From IMG/VR virus record IMGVR_UViG_3300012953_000012, positions 32,001 through 96,000 of that record: DNA of 64,000 nucleotides. One strand, given 5' to 3'. The DNA comes from a virus (taxonomy: Duplodnaviria > Caudoviricetes). Below, one piece after another: positions 1 to 8,887 of this stretch. The notes beneath the pieces were generated by a model. It searched no databases. It was given only the letters and a program-made list of their open reading frames with translations, and was not told where the DNA came from. Numbering within the stretch: the first letter of the stretch is position 1; every line of letters begins with the position of its first letter. Position numbers and translations under genes: made by a program.

Positions 1-151
1 AGGTAGACATCGCACTGGCTGATGTGGCTGGGGTCAAGGTCATCCAGATCGTGTCGGGAGCCTATACCTCGACGGCATTGGCCAACTGGGACACAACACA
101 CCCCACCGCCTTGCTCTGATCCGCAATCAGAAGGGCGACTTCTACACGGTC

Positions 152-3100
152 GTGTTTGATGGGGTGCCGCTCAACACCTTCGCGGTCGCTTCGGCTACCG
201 GGGCAGCGGTCTACGGTGCGGGCACCGCCTTCGTGCTCTCGACGGCCCACAAGGTCTCACTGTTCCGCCTGTCGAACATGGCCTTGTCGTCCAGCCTGAC
301 CCTTTTCACTTCGGCGTGGAACTTCATCCACGGCCTTCCGGTGTCGTTCACGGGGTCCTCGGTCCTGACCAACGACAAGATCACCACTCGCTATGGACCC
401 CTCGTCCGAGGTTGGGGTGACGCCACCCCGGCTACGAAGCAAGACGTCACGGTTCGGCTCGATGGTGGTGAGATCGACATCGCTGGGGTCAACCCCTACG
501 TCGGAGAGATCTACCCGACCTTGCCCATCCCGCTCGCTGCTGCCGGGACGTTCACGGTGGACGTGGACTACATCTGGTTCGCCAACCCGGCGATGGAGAT
601 GGCGGGCCTCAACACCCGTGGCTTGACCCTCTCAACCTGGGACCGGGCTGTCGGCCACGACGCAGAATCCGTAGCCCCCCTCCCTACAGGCAGCACCGGG
701 GCGACACGGACCAACCGCTTCCCGATGGGCGTGGCTCTCGGCCCTTACCAACGACCCTCTCCGAAGCGCATCGGGCACAAGTACATCGGCTGGCAGAAGG
801 ACTACAGCGCCCTCACCAACACACCCACCACGCTGCTTTTGAACCAGGACCCTCATGCCACCTCGGTGGGGGGCCTAAGCGCAGATTCTTTGTCCGGCAG
901 CGGGGTCTTTGATGGGGTTGGCCTCCCTCCGCAAGCCCCGACTCCGTGGATGCTGGACGGCAGTGATACAGGCTCGGCGGGGCAGGCATTCTACACGTTG
1001 GTGGACGCCTCGTCCGGCCCCTACGGCATCGGCACCGCTGCTTTCTACAAGAGGTTTGAGGACCTCGCCCTGGCTACCCATGTCACGGAGAGCGCACGGT
1101 TCCGCATCGCGGAGCACGTCGCGGATGGGGTCTTCACCGGGGTGGGCCTCGGCCTCCACGATGGTGCTCACCTGGCCTTTGTGGGTGCTCTGGTCGTAGA
1201 CGGGGTCTCGCATGTGGGCATCCTGGCTGATGCCACCATCCCCCATCTGGAGGAAGGTTGGATCATCGGGCCTTCCGCCCTGGCGACCGGGGTCACTCAA
1301 TCAGTAATCCGCATCGCCTACGAGGACTTCCCCACTGGCCTCGGGGCAGGATCACGGTTCCGCATCGCGCAAGGCAACCAGGCCGGGGTGTATACCATCG
1401 CCGACTGCGGTGTTGATCTGGACGTTGACGGCAACGTCCTCCTCACACTCGACAGCCCACTACCCGCCGACATTCAGGGCCTCGGTGACCTGACCTTCGC
1501 CATTCTCTTTGAGGTCAAGTGGGTAGACGAGTTCATCTCACTGCGGATCTCCAGTGTCTTCCCCGCCGGAAGCATGAGCGTCTTCCTGGGTGGGGCTTTG
1601 TCAGGCACCGTGGGGGAGATCCCTGAAGTCGCCCCCTTCCCTGCTCAGACTTCACTGTTGCTCCCAGCCTCCGAGAAAGGAGTCATCTTCTGGGGAAGCC
1701 TCAGTCGCCGGGCGACCTCGACCTCGATCTGGGACCTGGCGCAGTACTCCTCGACCCCACAACTGTTGACCCAGACGGCGCAGGGCATCACGGCGCTGAC
1801 TGAGATGAACGTGATCCCACAGGAGGACCCCAACGACCCCTGGTTCGTCGTCGGTGGGTTCGGCACGGGGATCATCGACGCGACCGGAGACCAACTCCTC
1901 CTGCGGTCCACCTCGGACGAAAGCCCGATTGACACGCAGTTCTACTACGAGCGCGTCGAGCCGTTCATCAACCCGAAGGTCCGGGTTGATTCCGAGGCCA
2001 CATTCAGTCTGGACTCAGCGGTCCTGGGCGTGGGGTCTGCTGCTCTGCGCGTGCGGGACACGGAACGGCAAGCCGTTGTCGAGACCGTCTGGATCGCCAC
2101 CGGTAACCTGGGACAGCACGCCCTCATCCCCCGTCGCCCACAAGCCTCGCTTTCGGGTCTGCGTTCGCCACCGGATGCTGGATGGACACCAACCTCTCCA
2201 TCCCCGCCACTTGCCAGTGTTTTCGTCCGAGGACAGACCCTGGAGTTGACCAAAACCCGTGATGATGAAGGGGCCTGGACAAAGGCCGCCCAGGAGGCAG
2301 ACGGCGCTGAGGACATTGGGGTGATTCTCAATGCTCGCTTGTCCGTTCAAGAGGCTGCCGTGGGGCTAAAGGGCATCGGCATCGGCTGGGGTGCGGAGGT
2401 ACGCCTCCCCTCATCCAACTTTGAGAAGACCATCTGGGTCTCTCTGGACCAGACGCTCGCCACGAAGGAGGTGGTCCTCCTCGACCGGCTTGAAAACAAA
2501 AGAGCCACCTTCCCGTTTGACTGGTCGGACGGGGAGTACCACGACTACCGGGTGCTCTGTGATCCTGTCGCAGACCTTGTGGTTGTGGTTGTGGATGATG
2601 TGGTGCTCGGAAGCGTGGCCTTTTCGGACTTCTCGTCCGCGATGGTCAGCGACTTCGGCACCTACCTGACAGGCAAGATCGGGTACGTCGGCAAAGGGTC
2701 GTGTAAAGCAACACTCGACTCCCTTTCTGTTGTCCCCCTACGAACCGAAGCCCTCCCCCTCCGACCGGCGCTCATCAAGACCTTCGGCGTCCGTTTGCGT
2801 CTGGGGGTTGATGGGGACATCGACTCCTACCAGTTGCCTCGGACTGACGGAACGGGGGTTCCCAACAGCCACCCTACGGCCACGTTCAAGGAGATGGACT
2901 GGACGGCTCAGTGCCGGGTGAGGATGTTCCTTGATCCCACCTGGGGCGTGTCGGTCTACCGCCCGGATCTGCCGCTGCCTCCAGGGGCCACAGAGGACTT
3001 CGCCACTGAGACCACGGACCCTTCAGCGGCCTGGATCAACGTCGAGTATCGGGATCTGCCTGTCTACAGGCTCCATCACGGCTCGGTCTCCTTCGGTGCG

Positions 3101-4372
3101 ATCAATGAGGAGGCCATCAGCCAGCAACGGTGGGACTCGGTACGCTACCGCGTCCGGGGCGGGCCAGAAGGCTTCGGCATCGCACCGCAAGGCATGGTGC
3201 TCAACCGTGCCTTCACGCTGACCAGCGGCGAGTACAACCTCGACGTCACACCCGAGACAGCGACCATCACCTCTCGGACACCCTTCCTGGTCTATGTCCC
3301 CGACAGTGACGTCTACGCGGATCGTGTGTTCGTGGTTCAGGTGGACGGCGCGGTGATCCCACCAGCCGACTACACCTTTGACAAGGCCACCCAGAACCTC
3401 CAGTTCACTTCGTCGGCTCCGCTCCCCTCCAGCCAGCACGAAGTCACGGTCACATTCGCGGTCGGCAAGCCGGTCACTCAGACCTATCTGTGCGGGCAGC
3501 CCATCGACGAGACTGTCACGGTCCTCAACGAGGGCACGCCCCCCATCCCGACAGACCTGGACCAGCCTGCTGACCGCGAAATCGAGAACGGTGGGATCAT
3601 CAACGACCCCGCAGATGTGCTCGACGAAGCCGAGAGCCTGGTGCTCAATGATCCCTACCGGGTCGTCACCTTCACGGACACCGCCGAGAGCATCTACGCT
3701 GACCTCCAGTTTTGCACGACGGAGGACGGGGATTCCGTTCACATCACGCCCGTCTGCGACGGACCTGGACCTGGTCTGGGCCTCTCCCACCTTGAGGTAG
3801 ACGGCCACTTCACGACCAACGCCTTCACGGTCCCAGAGGGGCCTGGAGGACCGTGGAAGGGGTCACCCGCCATCAAGGGGTCGGCCACCCACTTCAACCC
3901 CGCTACGGTGCTCACCGCGAGCGGAGGCAACATCCTGGGGGGCAATCTCGGACCAGGCACGGCGATCCTGTACCCCAACCAGCGGGGACCATCCGGGAAG
4001 CCCCCGGCTGGAGGCATGGGGATCAATCAGGACTTTGCCCTCCGTCTGGAGGACGTGACCCCACGCACGGAAGACCTGAGCATCGACACCACGATGGGGG
4101 ACAACGTGCCCCCGACCTTTGCAGACCCGGTGCCCAGCAACCCGGACGGTGTCCCTACACCAAACGGCAACGGGGCAGTCGCCTACAAGATGGTGGACTA
4201 CGCCACGGTTACTGCATCACGGCTCGGTCCCTGGGGCGGCTTGACTGCACTGGAGACCCGGTCCTTGCTGGCCGGGGGCGCACCCCTCAACGGCTCCGAG
4301 TTCATCCTGGAGGGCGGCACCCAGATTCCAGGCCCCGTTGTCACCGAGGGGTACATCAGGGCAGCCAACTGA
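152..4372 (+). CDS. Large virion structural protein (tail/baseplate-associated, beta-sandwich rich); probably begins upstream of the window via an apparent frameshift near 110
   Basis: 1406-aa ORF rich in G/T/P/V, strong GC3 bias, upstream of other tail genes; coding-like frame 3 runs from 3 to about 110. Confidence 0.6.
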   Translation: MFDGVPLNTFAVASATGAAVYGAGTAFVLSTAHKVSLFRLSNMALSSSLTLFTSAWNFIHGLPVSFTGSSVLTNDKITTRYGPLVRGWGDATPATKQDVTVRLDGGEIDIAGVNPYVGEIYPTLPIPLAAAGTFTVDVDYIWFANPAMEMAGLNTRGLTLSTWDRAVGHDAESVAPLPTGSTGATRTNRFPMGVALGPYQRPSPKRIGHKYIGWQKDYSALTNTPTTLLLNQDPHATSVGGLSADSLSGSGVFDGVGLPPQAPTPWMLDGSDTGSAGQAFYTLVDASSGPYGIGTAAFYKRFEDLALATHVTESARFRIAEHVADGVFTGVGLGLHDGAHLAFVGALVVDGVSHVGILADATIPHLEEGWIIGPSALATGVTQSVIRIAYEDFPTGLGAGSRFRIAQGNQAGVYTIADCGVDLDVDGNVLLTLDSPLPADIQGLGDLTFAILFEVKWVDEFISLRISSVFPAGSMSVFLGGALSGTVGEIPEVAPFPAQTSLLLPASEKGVIFWGSLSRRATSTSIWDLAQYSSTPQLLTQTAQGITALTEMNVIPQEDPNDPWFVVGGFGTGIIDATGDQLLLRSTSDESPIDTQFYYERVEPFINPKVRVDSEATFSLDSAVLGVGSAALRVRDTERQAVVETVWIATGNLGQHALIPRRPQASLSGLRSPPDAGWTPTSPSPPLASVFVRGQTLELTKTRDDEGAWTKAAQEADGAEDIGVILNARLSVQEAAVGLKGIGIGWGAEVRLPSSNFEKTIWVSLDQTLATKEVVLLDRLENKRATFPFDWSDGEYHDYRVLCDPVADLVVVVVDDVVLGSVAFSDFSSAMVSDFGTYLTGKIGYVGKGSCKATLDSLSVVPLRTEALPLRPALIKTFGVRLRLGVDGDIDSYQLPRTDGTGVPNSHPTATFKEMDWTAQCRVRMFLDPTWGVSVYRPDLPLPPGATEDFATETTDPSAAWINVEYRDLPVYRLHHGSVSFGAINEEAISQQRWDSVRYRVRGGPEGFGIAPQGMVLNRAFTLTSGEYNLDVTPETATITSRTPFLVYVPDSDVYADRVFVVQVDGAVIPPADYTFDKATQNLQFTSSAPLPSSQHEVTVTFAVGKPVTQTYLCGQPIDETVTVLNEGTPPIPTDLDQPADREIENGGIINDPADVLDEAESLVLNDPYRVVTFTDTAESIYADLQFCTTEDGDSVHITPVCDGPGPGLGLSHLEVDGHFTTNAFTVPEGPGGPWKGSPAIKGSATHFNPATVLTASGGNILGGNLGPGTAILYPNQRGPSGKPPAGGMGINQDFALRLEDVTPRTEDLSIDTTMGDNVPPTFADPVPSNPDGVPTPNGNGAVAYKMVDYATVTASRLGPWGGLTALETRSLLAGGAPLNGSEFILEGGTQIPGPVVTEGYIRAAN

Positions 4373-4373
4373 C

Positions 4374-4415
4374 AATACCGCCTCTATCTCCGTGATCCTG
4401 TGAAGAGAGCGGAGA
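4374..4415 (+). promoter_or_regulatory. Class III motif (AATAC-CGCCT-CTATC) followed by TCTCCG/CGGAGA hairpin covering the SD of the next gene
   Basis: Variant of RRTAG-N5-CTAT; arms 4387-4392 and 4410-4415; GGAG 4411-4414; ATG 4423. Confidence 0.55.
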
Positions 4416-4422
4416 CTTTCAC

Positions 4423-5274
4423 ATGGCCTGGGTAGAACAGTATTGGTGGAAGTTCCGCCACCGGGTATCGACCCTATGGGGGCGCTGCATAGAGGTCGTG
4501 ATTACCTTTTTCAACTTCATCCGCACGGACAAGGTAGGGCTCGTCGCCCCTACGATTCTGTTTATGGCCATCAGCCATGGATTCTTCTGGTCCACAGTCG
4601 TATTCCTCAATGACTGGACGACCTCGTGGTACGACGAGCGGCACCCGTCTCTCACCACGTCGGTCAGCGTGTGCATCGAAAGTCTCCCCAACGGTGTCTG
4701 TGCCAGGCTCGTGGAGCACCTGACTCTGGTCCAGAGCCGGGCACACCACCACTACGAGATCAGCCGGACCTTCCAGTCCTACCAGTTCGGGTTCCTGAGC
4801 ACATCCTTTTGGGCGGGCACCCTGCTGGCTCTGGGCATCTTCACGGTGGTTCGCAAGGGTTTCGATGACCTCGGATCATGGGGCAAGGGAATGCTGATGG
4901 GTTTGCTATGTGCGGCGGCTTTCTTTGGCGGCTTCCCGGCGCTCGTGAGCATCGACGACAACATCAAGGACAACCTCGACGGCTACAACGCTTACGACGG
5001 CATCGCCGCCGAGATCAGGACGTACATGCGGACGGGTGAGAGCGTCACCGGCAACCATGTGGACGGGGCCTCGTTCCTCCACAAGATCGACATGATGATC
5101 TCGGACCTCGATGCCCCCCGGATCCAACTCGACGCGACCCAGATGGACCTCGGCAAGAGCAGATTTCTGGAGTTGAGCCAGGAGATGGAGAGTGGGGTCA
5201 CGGCCCCCGATGCTCCAACGCCTCGCGTTATCCCGCCTATACCTTCTGAAGGGGTGGACGAGAGCACCCCATGA
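4423..5274 (+). CDS. Multi-pass membrane protein (about 3 TM segments)
   Basis: Hydrophobic stretches GLVAPTILFMAISHGFFWSTVVFL, FWAGTLLALGIFTVV, GMLMGLLCAAAFFGGFPALV; SD GGAG. Confidence 0.7.
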   Translation: MAWVEQYWWKFRHRVSTLWGRCIEVVITFFNFIRTDKVGLVAPTILFMAISHGFFWSTVVFLNDWTTSWYDERHPSLTTSVSVCIESLPNGVCARLVEHLTLVQSRAHHHYEISRTFQSYQFGFLSTSFWAGTLLALGIFTVVRKGFDDLGSWGKGMLMGLLCAAAFFGGFPALVSIDDNIKDNLDGYNAYDGIAAEIRTYMRTGESVTGNHVDGASFLHKIDMMISDLDAPRIQLDATQMDLGKSRFLELSQEMESGVTAPDAPTPRVIPPIPSEGVDESTP

Positions 5275-5405
5275 ACAACGTGATCCCATTCCCGACACCC
5301 GAGACTGTCCTCACCGACGAGGACGTGCGCTGGGTGCTGGGTGACCACACACCACAGGCCGAGATCACCGCCGGGGACTCGGAAGCCTTCTGGAGTCAAA
5401 CATGA
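5271..5405 (+). CDS. Small hypothetical protein, 44 aa (MNNVIPFPTPETV...)
   Basis: ATGA overlaps with both neighbours; read manually. Confidence 0.6.
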   Translation: MNNVIPFPTPETVLTDEDVRWVLGDHTPQAEITAGDSEAFWSQT

Positions 5406-6352
5406 ACAGCACTTCTACACTTCGACGCATCATGCGCTCCGAGGGCCTGATCAAGACCGCTGGCAGCGGTGCCAGCAACGAGGCGTACCTCGACTCCATC
5501 AGCAGCCGGATGAAGGACAAGATCCTCAAGGGCATCGCCAATCACTACGGCGTCTCGACCCAGAGGATGTACAAGGAACTGATCGACCCGGACGCCGAGG
5601 CTCTGTACGAGTACATCACCGATGGCTCCCGGATGCAGGTGTACCGCGACATGAAGTCGGGACGGTTCGCCAGCACCCGCAAGGTTGCTCACCGTCCGCA
5701 CTTCGTGACCCCGAAGGAACTCCGCAACGGCCATGCGTTCATGACCTACAAGATCGACGCCGGGAAGAACAACAGCAAGTTTTACGAAGGCAAGATCACA
5801 CCAGCCGATGACGGCACCTGGTCCTACCTGAAGCGTTGGGGTGCCTTGACGGATGCTGGTGCCAACCACCCACGAGTGGATGGTGAGAAGTACGACAAGC
5901 ACGGACTCACTGAGTCCCAGGCACAGCAGATGCTCGACAAGGAGAAGAAGAAGCGCCTCGGACCCCGTGGCTACTCCGACGCCATGAAGTCACGACCGCT
6001 GGGTCAGTACCCTGTGGGCCTCCAGCGCGACGTGGGCTTTGGGTGGGGCAAGCAGGAGATCACCAACTGCGTCCCGGCGCTGCGGAACATGTCGGACCTG
6101 ATCGTCACCGCCCTGGCAGAAGTCCAGCAGGATGATCCTGGCGACCTTCTCCGTGCCCTTGAGAGCCTTGCCGTACTCGTAGGGGACCTCCCCAGGAGCA
6201 GCATGGCGAAGGAGATCGCGAAGAAGATGCGGCCTCCCGTCCAGCGCATGAAGAAGAACCCCCGCTTCATCGACGACCCCAACCGCACGACGAAGGAGTT
6301 GATGACCCTCAAGCGGTACATCGACCGCCAGACCAAGGAGTGCAACGTCTGA
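5402..6352 (+). CDS. WGR-domain-containing protein
   Basis: NNSKFYEGKI...YLKRWGAL...AQQMLDKEKKKRLGPRGYS matches the WGR pattern. Confidence 0.65.
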   Translation: MNSTSTLRRIMRSEGLIKTAGSGASNEAYLDSISSRMKDKILKGIANHYGVSTQRMYKELIDPDAEALYEYITDGSRMQVYRDMKSGRFASTRKVAHRPHFVTPKELRNGHAFMTYKIDAGKNNSKFYEGKITPADDGTWSYLKRWGALTDAGANHPRVDGEKYDKHGLTESQAQQMLDKEKKKRLGPRGYSDAMKSRPLGQYPVGLQRDVGFGWGKQEITNCVPALRNMSDLIVTALAEVQQDDPGDLLRALESLAVLVGDLPRSSMAKEIAKKMRPPVQRMKKNPRFIDDPNRTTKELMTLKRYIDRQTKECNV

Positions 6353-6368
6353 TTTCTCGGCCACCGAG

Positions 6369-6418
6369 ACGACGAAAACGCGCCCCCGCCGACCCGAAGG
6401 TCAGTGGGGGCGCGTTCG
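6369..6418 (-). terminator. Intrinsic terminator, conserved family copy T1
   Basis: AACGCGCCCCC (6377-87) pairs with GGGGGCGCGTT (6406-16); minus-strand GACC-TTCG-GGTC tetraloop followed by TTTT; lies between convergent genes. Confidence 0.8.
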
Positions 6419-6421
6419 CGT

Positions 6422-6577
6422 TTAGGCGTTTCGGAAGCGTCGTCGGTCTTCGCGGCGAAGGCGACGGCGAGCAAGGCGTCGGGTGACACGTTTGCTGGGG
6501 TGTTCGGGAATGAGGATGCAGTAGTGTCCACGTTCACCGTAGGTGTCGCGGACGTTGAGCCGTTTGAATCGGTCCAT
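6422..6577 (-). CDS. Small Arg-rich protein, 51 aa (MDRFKRLNVRDTYG...RRLRREDRRRFRNA)
   Basis: GGAGAG SD before ATG; read manually. Confidence 0.6.
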   Translation of the reverse strand: MDRFKRLNVRDTYGERGHYCILIPEHPSKRVTRRLARRRLRREDRRRFRNA

Positions 6578-6594
6578 GTCTCTCCGGGTTGGGG

Positions 6595-6795
6595 TTAGCG
6601 GCCAGTCTCGTCTACGCCAGCCTCGGCAAGCGAGGTAGCGAGGAGCATTTCGGTGGGGGTGAGGACGAGGTCGTTGCCGTCCTCGTCAAGGATGTGGGTG
6701 GGGAACCACTGTCCCCCTCGCTGGGCGAAGGCGACAGTGATGTCGATGATCCCGCCCGGCGTGGTGCGCTGGACGGTCACGGTAGTGTCGGCCAT
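6595..6795 (-). CDS. Hypothetical protein, 66 aa (MADTTVTVQRTT...)
   Basis: GGAGG SD before ATG at 6795; phage-like codon use. Confidence 0.7.
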   Translation of the reverse strand: MADTTVTVQRTTPGGIIDITVAFAQRGGQWFPTHILDEDGNDLVLTPTEMLLATSLAEAGVDETGR

Positions 6796-6824
6796 GGGGG
6801 CCTCCTGTGATGGGGTTGAAGGGA

Positions 6825-7394
6825 TCATGCGACAGTGGCCCACTGGTTCCAGTAGTCCACGCCGCGCTGGTACTCGGCGGTGTCGAGGGGTTTGCCGTTG
6901 CCGCCCTGCTCGATGCCGAGGGCGTTCCGCATCTGGGCAGCGGGGCCGAGCGGGGCCGCTTCGGGAGCGGTCGCGCTGTTGATGGAGACGATGCCCCAAT
7001 CGGCGTCGATCTCCATCCCTTCCTTCTCCAACTGCTCGCGGGAGTAGAGGACAAGGTGCAGCCACTCGCACCGCTCGACTCGCACGGAGCCAGCGGGGAA
7101 GTGCCGGGTCAGCACAGCCAACTCGCCTTCGCGGCGAGCCTTGTACTCCGTGCGGAGAAGGGCTGCGTTGTACTTGGTGATCTTGGCAACGCCCGACAAA
7201 GCGTCGGTGAAGTTGCGGACGAAGACGTGGCGGACGAAGCCCGCCGTCTCGCCCTCAATGAAGTGACCCTCGTTGAGAGTCGCGCCGTAGACGAGGGCGT
7301 CGAAGTCCTCGACGGTGTGGCTGGCGATCTTGGTGCCAGCGAAGGTGGGGTCGAAGTGCCGACCTGCGGCGAAGGAAGTGGTCTGGATGCTCAT
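6825..7394 (-). CDS. DUF3228-family protein
   Basis: Motifs HVFVRNFT, LLRTEYKARREGELAVLTRHF, LVLYSREQL, WGIVSI, MRNALGIEQGGNG, DYW recalled as the DUF3228 signature. Confidence 0.75.
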   Translation of the reverse strand: MSIQTTSFAAGRHFDPTFAGTKIASHTVEDFDALVYGATLNEGHFIEGETAGFVRHVFVRNFTDALSGVAKITKYNAALLRTEYKARREGELAVLTRHFPAGSVRVERCEWLHLVLYSREQLEKEGMEIDADWGIVSINSATAPEAAPLGPAAQMRNALGIEQGGNGKPLDTAEYQRGVDYWNQWATVA

Positions 7395-7445
7395 GTGTGT
7401 CCTTTGGCCCTGTAGGGCACTGGGGGTGGGTGAGGGTCGCTGCCC

Positions 7446-7481
7446 TCACCTACTTACGGAAGCAGGGGGAAGTTTTAACGG
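7446..7481 (-). promoter_or_regulatory. Class I promoter-like repeat P1 (leftward)
   Basis: CCGTTAAAA-CTTCCCC-CTGCTTCCGTAAGTAGGTGA on minus strand. Confidence 0.85.
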
Positions 7482-7501
7482 CGACCCCCGAAAAAAATCC
7501 C

Positions 7502-7537
7502 CCGTTAAAACCGTCTGCTGCTTCCGTAAGTAGGTGA
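7502..7537 (+). promoter_or_regulatory. Class I promoter-like repeat P2 (rightward)
   Basis: CCGTTAAAA-CCGTCTG-CTGCTTCCGTAAGTAGGTGA; A-tract 7491-7497 upstream. Confidence 0.85.
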
Positions 7538-7589
7538 GGACCCGCACCTTCGCGCCCTCAAACCCCCAGAGCCCCATAGGAGGCTGACC

Positions 7590-7988
7590 ATGACCATCGT
7601 ATCGTTCGACTTCGACGACACGCTGGCCTGGACGCGAGTGATCCGAGACGCTGACGGCGACATCGAGGACACCGTCCCTGCTGGCGTCAACCCTCACATC
7701 ATGCCGCTGCTCCATGCAGCCCTCGACCGTGGCGACGAGGTTCACATCGTCACGACCCGCCACGCCTCTCGCTGGCGCGACATCACCCTGGCCGAACTTC
7801 GTGCCTGGGGTGTGCTCGACCGCCTTGCAGGCGTTCACTTCACCGATGGTGAGTGGAAGGCGGAAACTTTGTCCACGCTTCGGGTAGAGGTACATCACGA
7901 TGACGACCAGGATGAACTGGATCGTCTGCCGCCCGGATGCAGTGGTGTCCTGGCACCTCTACACCCGTCCTGGGGAGGTGTGCGATGA
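7590..7988 (+). CDS. HAD-superfamily phosphatase
   Basis: N-terminal VSFDFDDTL (DxD), IVTTR, K and HHDDD motifs; SD GGAGG. Confidence 0.8.
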   Translation: MTIVSFDFDDTLAWTRVIRDADGDIEDTVPAGVNPHIMPLLHAALDRGDEVHIVTTRHASRWRDITLAELRAWGVLDRLAGVHFTDGEWKAETLSTLRVEVHHDDDQDELDRLPPGCSGVLAPLHPSWGGVR

Positions 7989-8665
7989 CTGAGGAAGAGG
8001 CCAAAGCCAGACTGCTCCCCCCTGTGCAGAAGGGTGCTTTGGTGGTGGTCGTCCGTGGCCGCAAGGTGCCACGCGGCACTATGGGCGTGGTGAGGTGGGA
8101 AGGTGACGGTGACTACGGCCCCCGTGTGGGCCTCGCTGTCGAAGGCGAGGACAAACTCGTCTACACCGCCTACAAGAACGTCGATGCTGTGTACCCTGGC
8201 CTGATGCCTGGCCAGGATCCCGAGGGCGGTTGGGTCGAACTCTACGAGCGTGTGCAGCGGGAGCAACGGCTTCCGATGAAAGGGCACCGAATCGAGCACC
8301 GAGGCTCAGGCATGAAAGGCAAGGTCTTCTGGGCGCAGGGGAGCCGTATCGGCTTCAAGTCCGACAAGGGGGTCACCAACTGGTCCGACGCCCACGAGGT
8401 CTGGATGTTGTCGGGACCCATGGAGTGCCGTTTGGATTACGTCACCGAGGTTCCCGCCGTGCCTGCATTACGGGTCCTCCTTGAAGTAGACGCCCGGTCG
8501 CTTCCGGCCCCTTTCAATGAGATCCAGTACCTGGACCCCCTTCCCCAGGGCGGCTACCGAGGTTTGAATGGTCGCCAAGAGTACGTCGCCACGTTGCCTG
8601 AGGAGGTGGCCCAGCAACACCTTCCGGTTGTGGGCCACCTCCAGGATTCCGGGCGTCCTCGGTAG
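7985..8665 (+). CDS. Hypothetical protein with SH3/KOW-like repeats
   Basis: KGALVVVVRGRKVPRGTMGVVRW and GMKGKVFW patterns; ATGA overlap. Confidence 0.65.
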   Translation: MTEEEAKARLLPPVQKGALVVVVRGRKVPRGTMGVVRWEGDGDYGPRVGLAVEGEDKLVYTAYKNVDAVYPGLMPGQDPEGGWVELYERVQREQRLPMKGHRIEHRGSGMKGKVFWAQGSRIGFKSDKGVTNWSDAHEVWMLSGPMECRLDYVTEVPAVPALRVLLEVDARSLPAPFNEIQYLDPLPQGGYRGLNGRQEYVATLPEEVAQQHLPVVGHLQDSGRPR

Positions 8666-8695
8666 CCCGCCTATCGCCCCTCCACAGTCGGAGGC
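8661..8695 (+). promoter_or_regulatory. Class III motif (GGTAG-CCCGC-CTATC) plus SD-covering hairpin CCTCC/GGAGG
   Basis: Motif 8661-8675; arms 8679-8683 and 8690-8694; ATG 8700. Confidence 0.7.
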
Positions 8696-8699
8696 TTTC

Positions 8700-8843
8700 A
8701 TGGGCTGTGGCTGTCGCAAGAAGAACGGGGCGAAAAACCCAACGGCAATCAAGAAATCTGCTCCCCAGATTCGGGTTGCCCGTGCGATCCCTCGTGAGCC
8801 TGTGACGAAGCGACTCCCCCGAGGGACGCGGGTGCGCCGATGA
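8700..8843 (+). CDS. Small basic protein, 47 aa, starting MGCGCRKK
   Basis: GGAGG SD; first gene after a class III motif. Confidence 0.65.
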   Translation: MGCGCRKKNGAKNPTAIKKSAPQIRVARAIPREPVTKRLPRGTRVRR

Positions 8844-8887
8844 CGTGCCTATGCAACCGGGTACTGTGGCCCTTGATGGAGACTTGA

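Noticed and set aside
7446-7537. Back-to-back class I repeats as a MITE with terminal inverted repeats (also 46480-46636 and 62151-62254)
   Set aside because: Unpaired copies exist (44693, 63132), the interiors are unrelated, no target-site duplications are seen, and every copy points at a gene start; promoter is the simpler reading
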